Of a stretch of DNA of 64,000 bases, positions 13,230 through 28,200 are shown one piece after another. The notes beneath the pieces were generated by a model. The model did not search any database, had not been told where the DNA came from, and was given only the letters and a program-made list of their open reading frames with translations. Within the stretch, counting starts at the first letter, position 1; each line of letters starts with the position of its first letter. The stretch is from Phoronis australis (Eukaryota; Animalia; Phoronida): NCBI GenBank assembly GCA_002633005.1, contig NMRA01000566.1, positions 92,646-156,645 of the forward strand, in the 5' to 3' direction. Made by a program: the position numbers and the translations under genes.

Positions 13230-16200
13230 CTGAGAAACAAAATACAATGACACAAATTACTGTAAATGTTATCTATTGGTAAATGAATAAAAAAGAGCTT
13301 GGAATTGATAAAAAGTAACGAGAGGTACATGTAATACTGACCCAACCATTCGAGCTCCCACTCTGGGTTTGACAGACTCTTTTTCTTTTTAACGTGTTAT
13401 TATGGGTTGTTAGATGTATTTAAACAGTTACCACTGAAACAGAGTTATATTGATTGCAAAACTGACATTGCGCTAAATCACCAACAATGCACTGTACATG
13501 AATATTTTCCTCAGAGAGACAGCATAAATTCACATAATGAATTCATCAAGACTGATAAAAATACATATATTCAGACAACCATGCCTGCAGGCATATATCA
13601 TCTAGATTACGATATTCATTGGAGTAAATCAAATGACCGAATGGGATGCACACACACACACATACACATGTGTGTGTGTATACATATCTATGTATTTGGG
13701 TGGATGTATTCAAGTGCAAATACAACTGTCAAAATTTCATAAAAATTCTGCATACCGGTATGTTAAAGATTCACCTTCAGTGCATTTTTGACCGCTTCAG
13801 AGCTTCAATAGTATGTACACATTTTCTTCAAATATGGGTGAGCATTGGGCTTGTCTTCCCAAAATATGAAGCCTGTTAATATTTCCAGTAATGTGTGCTA
13901 GTATACTGGTTGGACACTCAGCTGAGCTTGTTTGGACAATAGGACGAAATTTAATACATAGCTGTGTGACGCATTTCAAAGATTTAATTAGCACGAGTCA
14001 TGACTTGTGTGCATGAAAGCAAAGTAATTAATGCACTAATTACAGTGTACGATGACAACATGTCAGACAAGCTACAATTCTTTATACACCGTTGTAAATA
14101 ACATCAGTCTTCAACATCTCAATGGAGATATTTTTCAAAGTAAGATGTAATAAATTTCATTAGACATGACTCCTATGAGACAGCTAATTAGATTTTGATT
14201 AATTCAGTAATTCAAGCTGATTATAACAACATCCTTCCTATCTAGAACACAGATTTACTTGTTTCCAGGGAAGGGAGACTCTCTCAACAGGTGTGTCCCA
14301 TGTGGAACTAAAAGGGGCTTGTGGTGTTTAAATTACAATTAAAACAGCTACTGAGGTATATACTAATTTTGAACAAAGGTTGTACTGGACTATGTATTTT
14401 GTTATTAAAGTAGTTGACAGCAGTAACTTTCAAAATCCAAATGATAGGATTGGGCAGTACTGCACTGGCTACTGAAAACATACTCAATGCCTCAAATAAT
14501 ACCTCACCTACCTGAACATACATTACTGTCCAATTTATTTTACAATGACGTGAAAAAACCTGAGTGAAATCAAACTCAAGTGCCGCCATGACATCTGTCA
14601 CTGCCTTGTTCTGAAAGTCACCCAACGTGCAATCGCACCATTGATAAAAATGATCTAAAAACATTTTAATGAAGTTGATGAGAAATTTTAATTCATTTTC
14701 ATTTATTGTGACATGAACATGATTATAAACAACCCAAATATAATACCCCATCACACCAGAAGCACGGTGCCACTGCAGTTTTTGGTCCAAACCGCTATCA
14801 CCAGTAGTGTTCATACTTTTCCCCTACCCGTCACACGTGTTTTTCTTCGCGCCACAGGATCACCGTATGTTCGCCAGTCTACGTTTTCGGCGACTGCACG
14901 GCGGTTGTACTGCCGAAGCACGGCAGTGATGGAGGTGCTACTGCGGTCCTTGTACGGTGCCACGGCGGTCATGACGGTGTCGTGGCAATGCCACTGCCCG
15001 CGGTAGCACTGCGGTAGTTTTGAACATGATCAAAGTTTCCGCTATGCCACCGCGAAGGTCCACGGGGATCAATGGCGGAACCACTGCAGAACCATGGCGA
15101 TCATAGCGGTGCCACTGCGGTTTATGCTGTACAAACACCGCAGTGGCACCGCACATCCGGTGCGACGTGGGTATAATACGTGAACTGCTGCTACATGGAA
15201 CTCAGTTTACTGAAAAAATGTTGGCATGAAAGCATGGGTACAGGTCATTCAAATACGGAAATGACACGAATGTTAACTTTGTGAAATGGTACTTATAGAT
15301 TCGAGTTCAAAACTAAACTAAAACTAGACAGTCAGATAGCTGTATGAATGTCATTTTTATCTTAGAGAATAGGTTTGTCATTGGTCTCTAGAGGCATGTA
15401 GATGTAAAAACGTCACTTACTTAGAGACATGGTTGGTTGTTAGCAGACGTTTCGACCTGGTCCGCCAGGTCTTTGTCGATGAATGAAGAGATTTCCCGCC
15501 TTTCGCTCATTAAGAATGCTGGAGTACACGGGGAGTAAGTGGAGACCTCTGTCCCGGTTCAAGAGGGTGCGCTGACTGTTGATGTTTATGGCCTCTTTGA
15601 GCTTACGAGTATGCCAATTTTGTTCCTTGGCTAGAATCCTGGATGACGCCAGAGAGATGGTATGCCCAGTTGCCAAAATGCGTTCTCCCACAGCTGTTGG
15701 TCTGTCTAGTTTCAGATGTTCTTTGAATCTGGTAACTAAGGAACGGTCTCTTGGTTTCGCCAATTTAGGTGTGGTTGGGATCCTGGTCACATTTCAGCTG
15801 GTATATGACCCCACATTGTTTCGCCATCGGGGTTGGGGCTTTGGGTCTGACTACTAGGGAACGGAGGGTGTTGAAGGGTTTCATGTAAGAGGAAATACTG
15901 TGGCTTCTGTAGGTGTGTTGTAGGCTTTCAGATATTCCTCTTATGTATGGGATGGCAACGGAGGGACCACCGAGTTTTTCAGTAGATTTACGACTAGGGG
16001 GGTCAGTAAACATCCATTCCTGGTATCCATTAGCTCGCAAAGCATCTTCAACGTGGTCTAAGAGGAATATCTGAACGACTACAACACACCTACAGAAGCC
16101 ACGGAATTTCTTCTTACATGACACCCATCAACACCCTCCGTTCCCTACTAGTCAGACCCACAGACCCAACCCCGATGGCCAAACAGTGTGGGGTCATATC

Positions 16201-19200
16201 CCAGCTGAAATGATCCCAACCACACCTACATTGGAGAAACCAAGAGACCGTTCCTTACCAGATTCAAAGAACATCTGAAACTAGACAGACCAACAGCTGT
16301 GGGGAAACACATTTTGGCAACTGGGCATACCAGCTCAAAGAGGCCACAAACATCAAAAGTCAGCGCCCCCTCTTGAACCGGGACAGAGGACTCCACTTTC
16401 CCCCAATGTACTCCAGCATTCTTAACGAGCGAAAGGCGGGAAATCCCTTATTCATCGACAAAGACCTGGTGGACCAGGTCAAAACGACTGCTAACAACCA
16501 ACCACATCTCTAAGTAAGCGACCGTTTTATATACTACATTTTTATCTTGTGTTGTACTAAAGGTAGGATGATGTAAGAGCAATGATTACTCTTAACAAAT
16601 TGTAGCTCAACGGTTATTCTCTCCTTAGTTTGCTTAATTTCAACAATTGCCAAAATGGTAACTTTTCCATATTTCTAAGGCTGATTACCTTTTTGCAAAT
16701 AACAGGAATTTGAGCAAATGTTGATTTTTGCCTGTAAGAGTAATTAATCGTTATTTTTGTAGAGAAAATTCTATTTTCTACCATATTTTGTACTCAACCG
16801 TAAAATCTATAAAACAGGAAACACGTTCCAAATTTTGTAAGTTTGGTTTAGTGATAGTATTCAGTATCAGCATCGAACGAGTATCAGTATGGAATGGCCA
16901 GGGACCAATATCAGGATCAGGATCAATACCAATATTGCACTTGAATTTTCAAATGTTGATAACCATCCCTATTGGCCACCATAAAATCTCACCAAATTTG
17001 ATCAGCAGATAGTTTCCACATGATTTCCACTAGATCAGCTGAAACAGGATTTAGTGTCCATTTACGTATCAGTTAGTCACCTACAACAGGGTTTAATGAT
17101 CCTTTAAATCATCCCCAAGCTTACCATCTGTTTCATTTCCACACTTTCCAGCACTTGTTGTTCCTGCAACGCCCGTTCCACGTGGGGCAGGAGTATCTCG
17201 GGGTAGCGGATACCCACCACTCGCTCGCCACTATCAAGCACAGCTCGGACAACGCGGATATTACACTCGTGTTTACTGGAAAATCAAAATTTTAGAAAAT
17301 ATTAAATTATACAGTCATTAAGACCACATAGCAAGCTCCCTTTTCAAGGACTGTTATTGCATGCAACAACTGTCTGTTAACGTCTTTGTAAATATCAGGG
17401 ACCGAAATCTAATTTCTGGACCCAGTTTGACAAGCTTCAACTATAGTTTTCTCCATTTTCCGTTCTTTGTAATTAGGAATTAGGAGCTCAAAGAAAAGTT
17501 TCTTTGCATTTTGTGCTTGTGAGTACATTATTTACGATATGTGTTGACAGATGAGCATTTAGTAGACGTTCCCACTTGATTAATGCCACAAATTTGTGTG
17601 AACTCGAGTAGAAAGCTCAAATCGAGCAGTCATCAAGCATGTACAACATATACTCTGTCATAATAAATCACTGAATGTACTTGCACTAACACAACAGAAA
17701 ATATCAAAACGGAGTACAGCTCAAGTTCAGATGTTGGATTTTGTACCCAAGAAGCATCAGGATTTATCAAGGGACAGTAATTATCCCAACGAAACACATG
17801 GACAGACTTTGACAGAGCTATGCCAAATTTTGATTAACACTATGCCACATTTACTTGGCAGAATGGCAGTTGAGATGAACTTTTGTCACAATAAAATAGC
17901 ATATTTGTTGAACATATGTTGAAGCTTAATACCACACTATTGCCCCAGCTGTGCGACAGATCTTGCAAATGATTACATGATGGGCCAGCACCAGTCAGAA
18001 TTTTGTAGAGATTTAGCAAGAATTGAAATGCATTCTAGTCGAAAATAAATGGATAACATTTAGTAGAAGCTTTACGCACCAAATCTTTATGAATTTGACA
18101 TTGTCCTTCACAGAGTAATAGTTTTAAATTATTGCAGGAGCACATCAAAGAACATTGGGAACAATGACTACTAGAAAATAACTGATAACTTCTCAGATAG
18201 TTACTTTCAGGTAGTCATTGCTTCTCAGTGAGAAACAAACAACAAGTGGTTGAAGCCATGGGTTTCTCACAGACAAAGTTGTAACACCAAACAAAATGAA
18301 TACAGACTGACTAATCAAAAAATCTTGGAAATCTAGAAAACTGGTAACTACGACAATGTGATGAAAATCCATACCTGAGACAATGCCACATTCATCGAGC
18401 CCCCCCCTCCCAAACCTTTGCCAGTTCCGTTATTTACCTACCCCTCGACAATACCACCGTTACCACCCAGCCAAAGTACAGTAAGTGCATGTAGGTGCCT
18501 TCACCAACTAATTTTAAAAATTCTAAACAAGACGCCTACCCCCAACCCTTCATGGGAGACATTAACAAATTTGGGCTCTTGGCTGCACTTTCAGTCTCTT
18601 ATAATTTTGGGCAGTGAAGACCCCTGAAGGACACCCATATGTTGCTTCAGTAAATATAATTATAAGTAAACTCTCACAAATTTTGTACAATAAAAGTATT
18701 TGCCAAAATATCTATCTTTTCATTTTTCAAGGTCTTCTTACATTGTTGAGGGTGCGCAGATATTTTAAAACAAGAGCAACGCAGAGCGTTGGAATGCGCC
18801 CACGAATGCATCGCAAATAGTGTGCTTTTAGGGTTATTTATTTGTATCATAAAAATGGCCACTAGATGGCGCAAAAATGTAGAATCCATCCAAAAACGGG
18901 ACCATGCCATATTTCATAAAATCTGTAAGGGATTTTCAGAGAAACAAAGGAAAACAGAACAAAATGAAATTGCCACTTGTGGGCACAGCGTCCGCCTGAC
19001 AGTCATCATCAGTTATCTTCACATAAATTCACTTTCTAATTTTAATAAAGATCCTGCAGTGTGTTTTGGAGACACAATTATGAGCAAAAAATAAACAAAA
19101 CTACCACTAGGAGGTGCCACACTAAGTCAGTCGCCATCATCAAAACGTCCTCTTCACACTGAAAACATATAGGCCAATTTTCAAAACCATCCCAGAATAA

Positions 19201-22200
19201 TTTGGTTGATCGAGGAGCGGACGCCAAAAACAATATTTGAAAACAGCAAAAATGGCCACCAGGTGGTGCAAAATACCTCGATTCCATCCAGAAACAGAAT
19301 GTTAGCGTCATCTCACCAATAGATGCCTATATACAAAATTTTATGAAAATCTGTTGAGGACCTTTGAAGATACAGATTGGTAAATTTAAAAAAATAAAAT
19401 TGCCACTAGGGGGCACACCAAAAGTCAGATCTGTCCGAAAGTAGTCGTCGTCCGTTGTTAACATCATATAAATACACTTGCTAAATTAATTAAAGATCCT
19501 GCAAACGGTTTAGGAGATACAGCGATATGCGCAAAAAAACTGCCACTAGGAGGCGAACTCGTCCGAAAAACATTGTCAGCCATCCACTTCATAGTAAAAA
19601 CATACATGCCAATTTTCACAATTATCCTGAAAGCAGTTTGGATGATAGACGAGTGGACGTCAACAAAATATACTCGAAAACAGCAAAAGTGGCCACTAGG
19701 TGGCGCAAACTAGGTGGAATCATCTGAAAACGATGAAATATCATCATCTCATTAACAGATGCCTGTATCCCAAATTTTAAATACGTTGAGGACCTTTGAA
19801 CATACAGAGGTAAACGTAAAAAAATGAATTGCCCCTACATGGCACACCAGCAGTCAGATCCGTCCGAAAGTTGTAGTCGTCCATTGTAAACATCATATAA
19901 ATACACTAACTAAATTTAGTAAAGATCCTTCGAACAGTTTAGAAGATACAGCCATAGGTGCAAAAAAAAACTGCCACTAGGAGAGGCCACAGTAGTCAAA
20001 ATTGTCGGAAAATCATCGTCAGACGTCCACTTCATAGTCAGAACATACGTGCCAATTTTCAAAATCATCCTTTGAGAGGTTTGGTTGATAGAGGGGTGAA
20101 CGCAAAAAAACACACTCGAAAACGGTAAAAATGGCCACTAAGTGGCGCAAACTATGTTGAATCCATCCAAAAACGGAATGACAGCATCATCTCACTAATA
20201 GATGCCAATATACCAAATTTTATGAAAACCCGTACATGACTTTTGAAGATACAAAGGTAAACGTAAAAGACTAAAATTGCCACTAGGGGGCACACCGGTA
20301 GTCAGATCCGTCCGAAAGTTCGCTCATGCCATCCCATCCACGGAAGGAACACATGTGCAAAATTTCATGAAGATACGTCAAGGTGTTTTAGAGATAGAGC
20401 AGCGGATGCCGGACACAAGACGTACGGACGGAGATGACGGCATAATGCATCCACACATAAATATGTGGGCGCATAAAAATTGTATCTTGGTAGACATCAT
20501 ACAAAAAACTTGAATACGGTAAAGCATTAATCTGATGAGCTCTGTATATCATGGGACAAGAGTAATGCATTGAGTTGAAATGCATCCACGACTACAGTTA
20601 GTGTTTTTTAGTATCAAGAAAATGGCCAATAGATGGAACAGAATATGTATGTCAAATTCATGTCAATTGGAAAGGCAGTGTCATTTTCATAATAGAAACT
20701 TATGTGCCAAATTCCATGAAAAAAACATGAAGGAGCTTTTGAAGACACAAAGGCAAAGGTAAAAATAAACTAGTCACTAGGTGGCATAGAGGTAGCTAAA
20801 GCCGTCCAAAAAGTGATGGGTACTTGGCAGTCACTGTCAAATCTATTTAGGAAAACATCCTGCAAAGAAATCATGAGCTATAGCAACGTTTGCAAAAATA
20901 CAAAATCACCAATAGGGGATGCCACTGGTGCCAGACCCATCTGAAAATCAATGTCAGCAATGGTCTTGTAATCAGGAACACACACAACATTTACGATTCA
21001 TAAATGATCATTTGAGCAGTTTGGCAGACAAAGAGGCAAAAACGAACACGAAAAAATACAAATGTCCACTAGGTGACACAGAATAAATCAAATAAATGCA
21101 AAAATGGAAAGACATAGTTGTCTCCTTTAAAGAAACCTATTTCCCAAATTTCTCAAAAAGAGACAGACAGGAAATATACAAAGTAACTAAAATTGCTAGT
21201 AGGGGTCACAGCTGTGATACGGTAGGTCTGAAACTTCAATTACCATCACCAGAAGAACATACAGTATCTGCCAATTTTCATAAAGATACTCCAAAGAGTT
21301 ATGGAGATACAACCATGGATGCTAAAAAGAAATTGTCACTCAGGGCACAAGTTGAGAGTAGGTGAACTTGTTCGAAAATCAGTATCCATCACAGCCTAAT
21401 CAGGAATATGTCAGCCAAATTTTCATAATGAACCTTTGAGCGCTTTTAGTTTCACAGAGGCGAACGACAAAAGCATTCTCAAAACTTTTTAAAATTGCAC
21501 TAGGTGGCACAGAATATGTCAACTCCATCTGAAAATGGTAAAGCTTTGCCAACCCTTTCCTAAGTGTCATGACAATCCATCAAGGATTTCCTAAGATACA
21601 GTGGCACGTGTCAAAAACTAAAATTGCCACTAGGGGCAAAGTAACAGTCGGATCTGTCCAAAACTTGTCGACCTCCGTCATCAGCTTCATAGGAACACAT
21701 CTGCTAAATATCATTATGCTACTGCAAGAAGTTTTAAATTAGGAGATACAGTAACAGGCACTGGACGCCCAGCAGAGATGACTACAGTATGCACTCGCAT
21801 ATAAATAGGTCAGAAGCTGAGGAATGGAACGACAACAACTGAAATAAAATTTACACTGAAACAAAAACACGAAAAGCAACATCCCTATGAAAACAAAATG
21901 ACCAATTCCAGTTAAGTTCCCTCAACCTTTTATCTTAACGATGCTAAGAACTATAACAACACAGAACAACTGGTAATGAAACAACCAATTCTGTGACCCT
22001 TGATTGTCACATTCATCTATTGTTTACCCACACATATTAAAACAACACTGGCTTCCAATGGGTGAGGATGAAGTGAGATTGGCTGTTTTCTTGTGGTTTC
22101 AATTGAGCCAGAAAAGGTGTAAGAAAACAGTCCAGACTTGAACTACATTCCATGAAGATCAGCAGTACCTGGCACAACATTTAGACCTTAGATATAAATA

Positions 22201-25200
22201 TATGGCGGTAAAATGTTCCTTCACAGAGAGAATGGTAAGCTCTTAAAGCAACACTTCATTCCTGCCTAAGAAGACTGTCAAACAAGATATTTTCTTTTTT
22301 ATGACGTCATCGGTTATAGCATTCAGTTGGAAAGGACAGACATCGTGGGACAGAATAGCAGAGTGGTAAAAATTTGGAAGTGATAGTCGAACCTTTGATA
22401 CGTTGAAGCACTTTTTGACTCGTACACACATTGAATGTTACGGTAAGTAGCTATGGAAATAAACCCCTTTAATGGTAAGACGTTTTGAAGACCATTTCTG
22501 TACATCTTTGATTTCAGAAAGAGCAGTACTTTTAAGAAAAAGTCAACATTTTTTCAGCGACTGCAAATTAAAGCAAACCCCTGACTGTACCAAACCGTTT
22601 TGAATTCATACCGTGAATAATACGCTTACAAGGAAGGCACGCACTTCTAAAGATATGGGGGAATTTTCAATGCTCGTCCTTCTGAGCAGCTTTTAGCAGG
22701 ATAAAAGAGAGCGTGGTGCAGAGCAAGACACAGTTAAGAGTAATTACCCGACCATAAACTGTAGTAACCACCTCTGCTTGTACATACTGGCGAATTTCAA
22801 AAACACATTAACCAATAATTTTCATTAAAAAGGACAGCACGGCGGTATTCATCTGGAAAAAACAACCAAGTACAGTTTTCGATTTTTAAAAATCGATGCC
22901 CTAAAAAGCCAAAAACTACAAACATTGGGTAGGATTGAAGATAAACAACCATGCGTATTGATATACTCTTTGGATTTACAAACAGTGATCAGAGTTAACA
23001 ATATCACATGGATTATTCTTTTAATATCCTTCCAATCTCGTGTAACCAGATTTTTTACTAGGAGACAGTTGTACTTAACTGGTGTCCACACTTCATTTCT
23101 ATGACTGACAATGAAAAATCTAGAATAGTTATGTAGTCTGTACAACTGAAATTGTCCACAGTTTCAAAATCTCCAGTTTGGCTGTCAATTTTGCACTTTT
23201 GTATATATTTTTCATTTGAGTTGAGTTCTAATAATGAAGGTTAAACTTGGAACTAATGATAGATATAGTTTTGTTTGCCATGAAATATTTAGTATAGCTG
23301 TAATCTGGAAAGCTCAGGGATGGGTGCACAATTAACTAACTTTTTTGTCATTTTGTTATATTTGAAATGTACCAACTAGGCAGTTAAAACTACTCTTAAC
23401 AGTTGCAGGCTATAACTGACTGTGCAAATGCCAGAGAAAACCAATTTGGGTGTAAGAACAACCACCATTGTCCAGACAGTAATGCTAGCTACTACCTTCC
23501 ACTTCATTAGCTCAGATCTACATCAATAGAAAGGGTGAGATGAATAGGCATAATAGAAGTTGTCTGGGGCTAAGGGAATCTGAGCTGTGACCAGTGTGAG
23601 GGAAAAATTCTCCACAGGAGTTGAACAGTATTTTGGACAAAAAAGAGTCTCACCTGACTTTATTTTCAACCCGTTTTCAGCAACTGAATATGCAAAATCA
23701 TTGATTTTGCAACCAACTGAGAAATCTTAGATTGTCAAAAGAATGCAATGGGCATTACACATTCCTTATCACGTATGGCCATGAACGACTTTCCTGAAGT
23801 AATATTCTAAGAGCACATTTGACAAGACGTAATCATTAATGTTTCCGAGAATGGCCGTAATTTGATGGACTCCATTGACATGATGAAATAGACCAATTAT
23901 AGTAGATAGTTGATACCTTGTTACTAATTAGACTCAACTAACTGTGACGCAAATTACAACTACAGGTATATTCTTGCAAAGGTGAACATTTCATACATGC
24001 ATCAAGCTAAGCGGAAAGGGTAGAATTAAAGGCATTCACATCGCAAAGAAAATGTTTTTTCAAAAAATGAGGCGAAATGCCAATTAGAATGGAAAATCGA
24101 TGCCTCACTGCCAATTAGTCGATGATGGCACACTGATGTTACACACAAATTAGTGCTAAACAGTATAATTTGTTCGCATTAGAACCCTACGTTTACCAGA
24201 GACAACTGAGCCATTAAAGAAATAGGCATTGACAAGGCTGTTTGCTTCACTCGTATTACATCGACGGAAGGTACTGAGGCACCAAAAAACTTCCCATATA
24301 GAGCAACATAGTCGGAACAGCATAAAATAAACCGAAGCCATACTCTACAGAATAGATCACACGTACCACTGTTAATTAAGAGCCATTACAGAACTTGGCA
24401 GACATAACTGAGGCAAACAAAGACGGAATTAAAATTGCCAGAAGGGTACGCAACACTAGATCTGTCAGAAAATTAATTTCGATAACAATACTCTTCTCAA
24501 AATGAAAAAGTCTACCATGATGATTCTTTAGGCAGATTGGTGAAAAGGGAAGTGGACACCAAAGGCATAGAAAAATAAGAAATGACAACTAGGGCACGCA
24601 CAATTTGTCAAATCCATCTGGGCAGGTGCCAGAATATCTAAATTGCCAGTAGAGGACGACACGGTAGTCAAACACATTATGACAGAGGCATTCAAGTACC
24701 TTACCAAATCTCGGGCAAAACAAGATTTGTGAGTGAACTGTAAAATATACAGGCTGGTCTTCATATCACATGAAATTAAAATCTAATTTCTTTGTCTAAT
24801 TTCGCATCAAGGACTGAGCAAAATAATGAATGGGTGGAACTGACTTGTACGAAAAATTGAAGTCAGGAAATGAAAGGGATAGACAGCCTTTAGTTAGAAA
24901 GTTAGAAGACTGCCTTTCATAGAGTTTTTTGCTCAGTCCAGGTAATTAGTAATTCTTTAGAAACACAATTTAATTATTCAAATGTAGGGGCTGTGATTGA
25001 AGATGCAGAATTATATTCACAGTTGTTATAAACGTTTTGCATCCGTTTCTGTAAATTCCCATTTGGCATTTGATTAACAATGAGTTCTGGAGGCAGGTAT
25101 TTGCAAATGAATAGATGTGGGGTATGTCAGAGTGAGGTGATAGCAGGCTAATTAGACAAAACAAGCTGTTGTACATTTCCATACACACAAAGTTCCGTTT

Positions 25201-28200
25201 GGGAGTAGTAAACAAGTTTAAACAACTAGACACAGTTCCACCTACTCGGGCAACAAACTGAGTCATCGACTTAAATTTAAAAGTGCATTATTTGTGGCAT
25301 GGAGCGTGAAACGAAATTGCGAAGCCTGGATACCACCCAGAAGCGTCTTTTTCAACATCATTTGCCACAAGGATGCACTATCTCAGTATCCCACACAAAG
25401 AAGCGTCAAATGATAAATGCAGAACATAGATCAAACAGTAAACAGAAAACCACTGCGAACATGAGTTAGCAATTAGCCATATCGTTCAATACATTTGGCC
25501 ACTTATGGCATACATGTGGTCACAGAAGTCATATAAAAGTATTGTAGGAACCAATTTTACATGATTGTGTTGCCGTTCAAGTTAAGCTTTAAACTTGGCT
25601 AAATAGGACAACTATCAGGAAAGCAAAAAAATTGACGTGATTAGATTAAAAACTTCGGTTTGCTCTTGAAGGACAAAAAATATGGGCGAGAAGTTTGTTG
25701 CGGTACTTACGTGAGTTGGAGCTTGGATGCAAAGCGTGCTATAGTGGTTTCTAATACTGACAACAGGGTGACCACTCCACCACTCAACAAGCTGAGGGTA
25801 TAACACCTTGCACCAACTACAACAAATGACATACATTGCAACAGAATATGTCAAAACCAAATGGAGAATGTGACTTAGAAATTCTCCGTCATGTCTAAGT
25901 GGAAGACAAATTTACCACTGTTATGGCTGGAAATAAATGCTATTGAGCAGGACCTAATTTAGAGAAGGGGTTACAGCTATAACGTTAAGTTACAATAGAC
26001 CATCACAAGTCACTTTCGTTGAGGGAGCAATCAGTAGTCATTACGACAAAAGACATTTCATCAATTCACTTCAACCGTACACTGTACATTTTCTAAAATC
26101 TAATTACTCTTTTTATTTATTGTCAGTTTTCAGAGTAAACACAGAACATTAGCCCTTGGCTATTATAACTCACCTGACAAATTAATGATTGGCAAATTCA
26201 TTCCCTTTCAAACATTCATTAACTCACAAGTAAGACCAAGCTCAGAGGAGTAGGAGACATTTTTGTGCAAATGCTCGACTGTCAGCCAGTGAAGCCAGGA
26301 TTTGAACCCAGGTCTCAAAAAAATGAGAGGCCGGAGCTCAAGCCGCCGGGCCAAACTGCCTCTCATTACTAGACTTACATAGCTACAGGCACTTTTGAAC
26401 GAGGCCAACTTTTGTTGGAGGAACAAGAGTTCAAGTGTTTGAAAGACGCGGAAAACCAAGACTACACAAACAGCTGTTCACTTTGCCAAGATTTGCAATT
26501 TTAGTTAACTCACTAATTAATATGAAAAATCAAGTGTTTCTGGCCATCAGATTGACTGGCTTCATTAAACCAGGGTAAAATTTGTTAACTCCAATCATAT
26601 TTGCACATCTAAGTTGAAGTACTTAGCGTTTACTTCGTAAGCCAATACAAGATCTGGTCAGGGGTTATCTCAACGTGAAACCAGAATGTCCTTTCATATC
26701 AGACAAAAAACATGGTCTCAATTATCTCGGGCATCAAAAGTGAGTACGCCTAATTTTGATAACCTTTTCTGCTTCGCCTTGTCTCATAAATTGTCCCGCT
26801 GCTGAACTATTACTGAGTGCAAATGTTGCAGAGATGGTCCGGACACCAGGGCCCGGTACCTAATCTTTGTACTCGAAACGAACTCGAAACTATTTTTGGC
26901 AATCTCTCTGCTCCTTTTGTGCGAACTTAAGATGATTGGTTATCAGACTGTGCTTAAATACATTATAGTTTATGCATAGGAGTTTCAAGTTCAAGTTTGC
27001 CCTTGAAGACCCTTATATTCGTGCTACAAACTCGAGTAAAACCTCGAAATTTCAAGTTCAAACTCGAACTTATTGCTTTAATATTAGGTTTACAAACTGT
27101 GAACTAAGGGCAATAAATTATCTACGTAAGTTATTGTGTACTCGAGCATAGAATAATAGACATTTATCTTGAGTTCGCCCAAACATAGAGTAGAAAATGC
27201 CAAACCTAATTTTGAGTTCCATTTCGAGTAAAAAGATTGGAGACCGGGCCCTGGTGACCGTATAGATCAGGGTCAAGAAAGTGGAACTAAGTAGCATCTT
27301 GACACCAACTATAAATAGGTCTAAGTTACTGTAATATAATATTTATTTTAGGGAATTTTGCTGAGGTGTTGCATCAAATTTGAACTAAAATGTCAGCAGC
27401 GAATTGTTAAATACTGCATTTTCAATGAAAAAAGTCGAGTTGTCCGTCAGAAAGTTTTAAAGCGCCTAGAAAAATTGTGATTCCAGACAGCAGCAAGAAA
27501 TGAGGATGTGAAAACTGATCACATTATCATGTCTGATGTAACAGCAGACCATCCCATTTTAAGATAGTAAATAAAGTCTTGCAACTCTACTGAGTCAGTC
27601 TGAACATAACAAATTGTTTCAATTGGTGGAAAAATAGCAATATTCCATGTGTTTAATATACACATTCTGGAAAAGTGGCTCAAAGTTAAGAAGAACAGCC
27701 CTGCCTGGTATGACCTGTTACTTAGCATACAATTAGGCTAAGTTCACAGTGCTGCACATTGTGGCTTTCAAGTAGCCTGCACAATATGCCTTTCAAAATC
27801 CTTGTTCTTAAGTCACCAACTGTACCAGAATAGCATTAAAGGATGGTTACTTCATTGTAGCATTGAGCTAAGATTGCATGGGCAAGATTGTAGAAGGNGA
27901 GTTCCATTTCGAGTAAAAAGATTGGAGACCAGGCCCAGGTGACCGTATAGACCAGGGTCAAGAAAGTGGAACTAAGTAGCATCTTGACACCAACTATAAA
28001 TAGGTCTAATACTTATTTTAGGGAATTTTGCTGGGGTGTTGCATCAAATTTGAACTAAAATGTCAGCAGCGAATTGTTAAATACTGCATTTTCAATGAAA
28101 AAAGTCGAGTTGTCCATCAGAAAGTTTTAAAGCGCCTAGAAAAATTGTGATTCCAGACAGCAGCAAGATATGAGGATGTGAAAACTGATCACATTATCAT

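Noticed and set aside
13648-13680. (CA)n/(TG)n palindromic microsatellite
   Set aside because: Short simple repeat with no further structure.
14308-14814. 168-aa minus-strand ORF in the last SBNO intron
   Set aside because: AT-rich composition, no recognisable motif, and not needed for the phase-consistent splice from exon 27 to exon 28.
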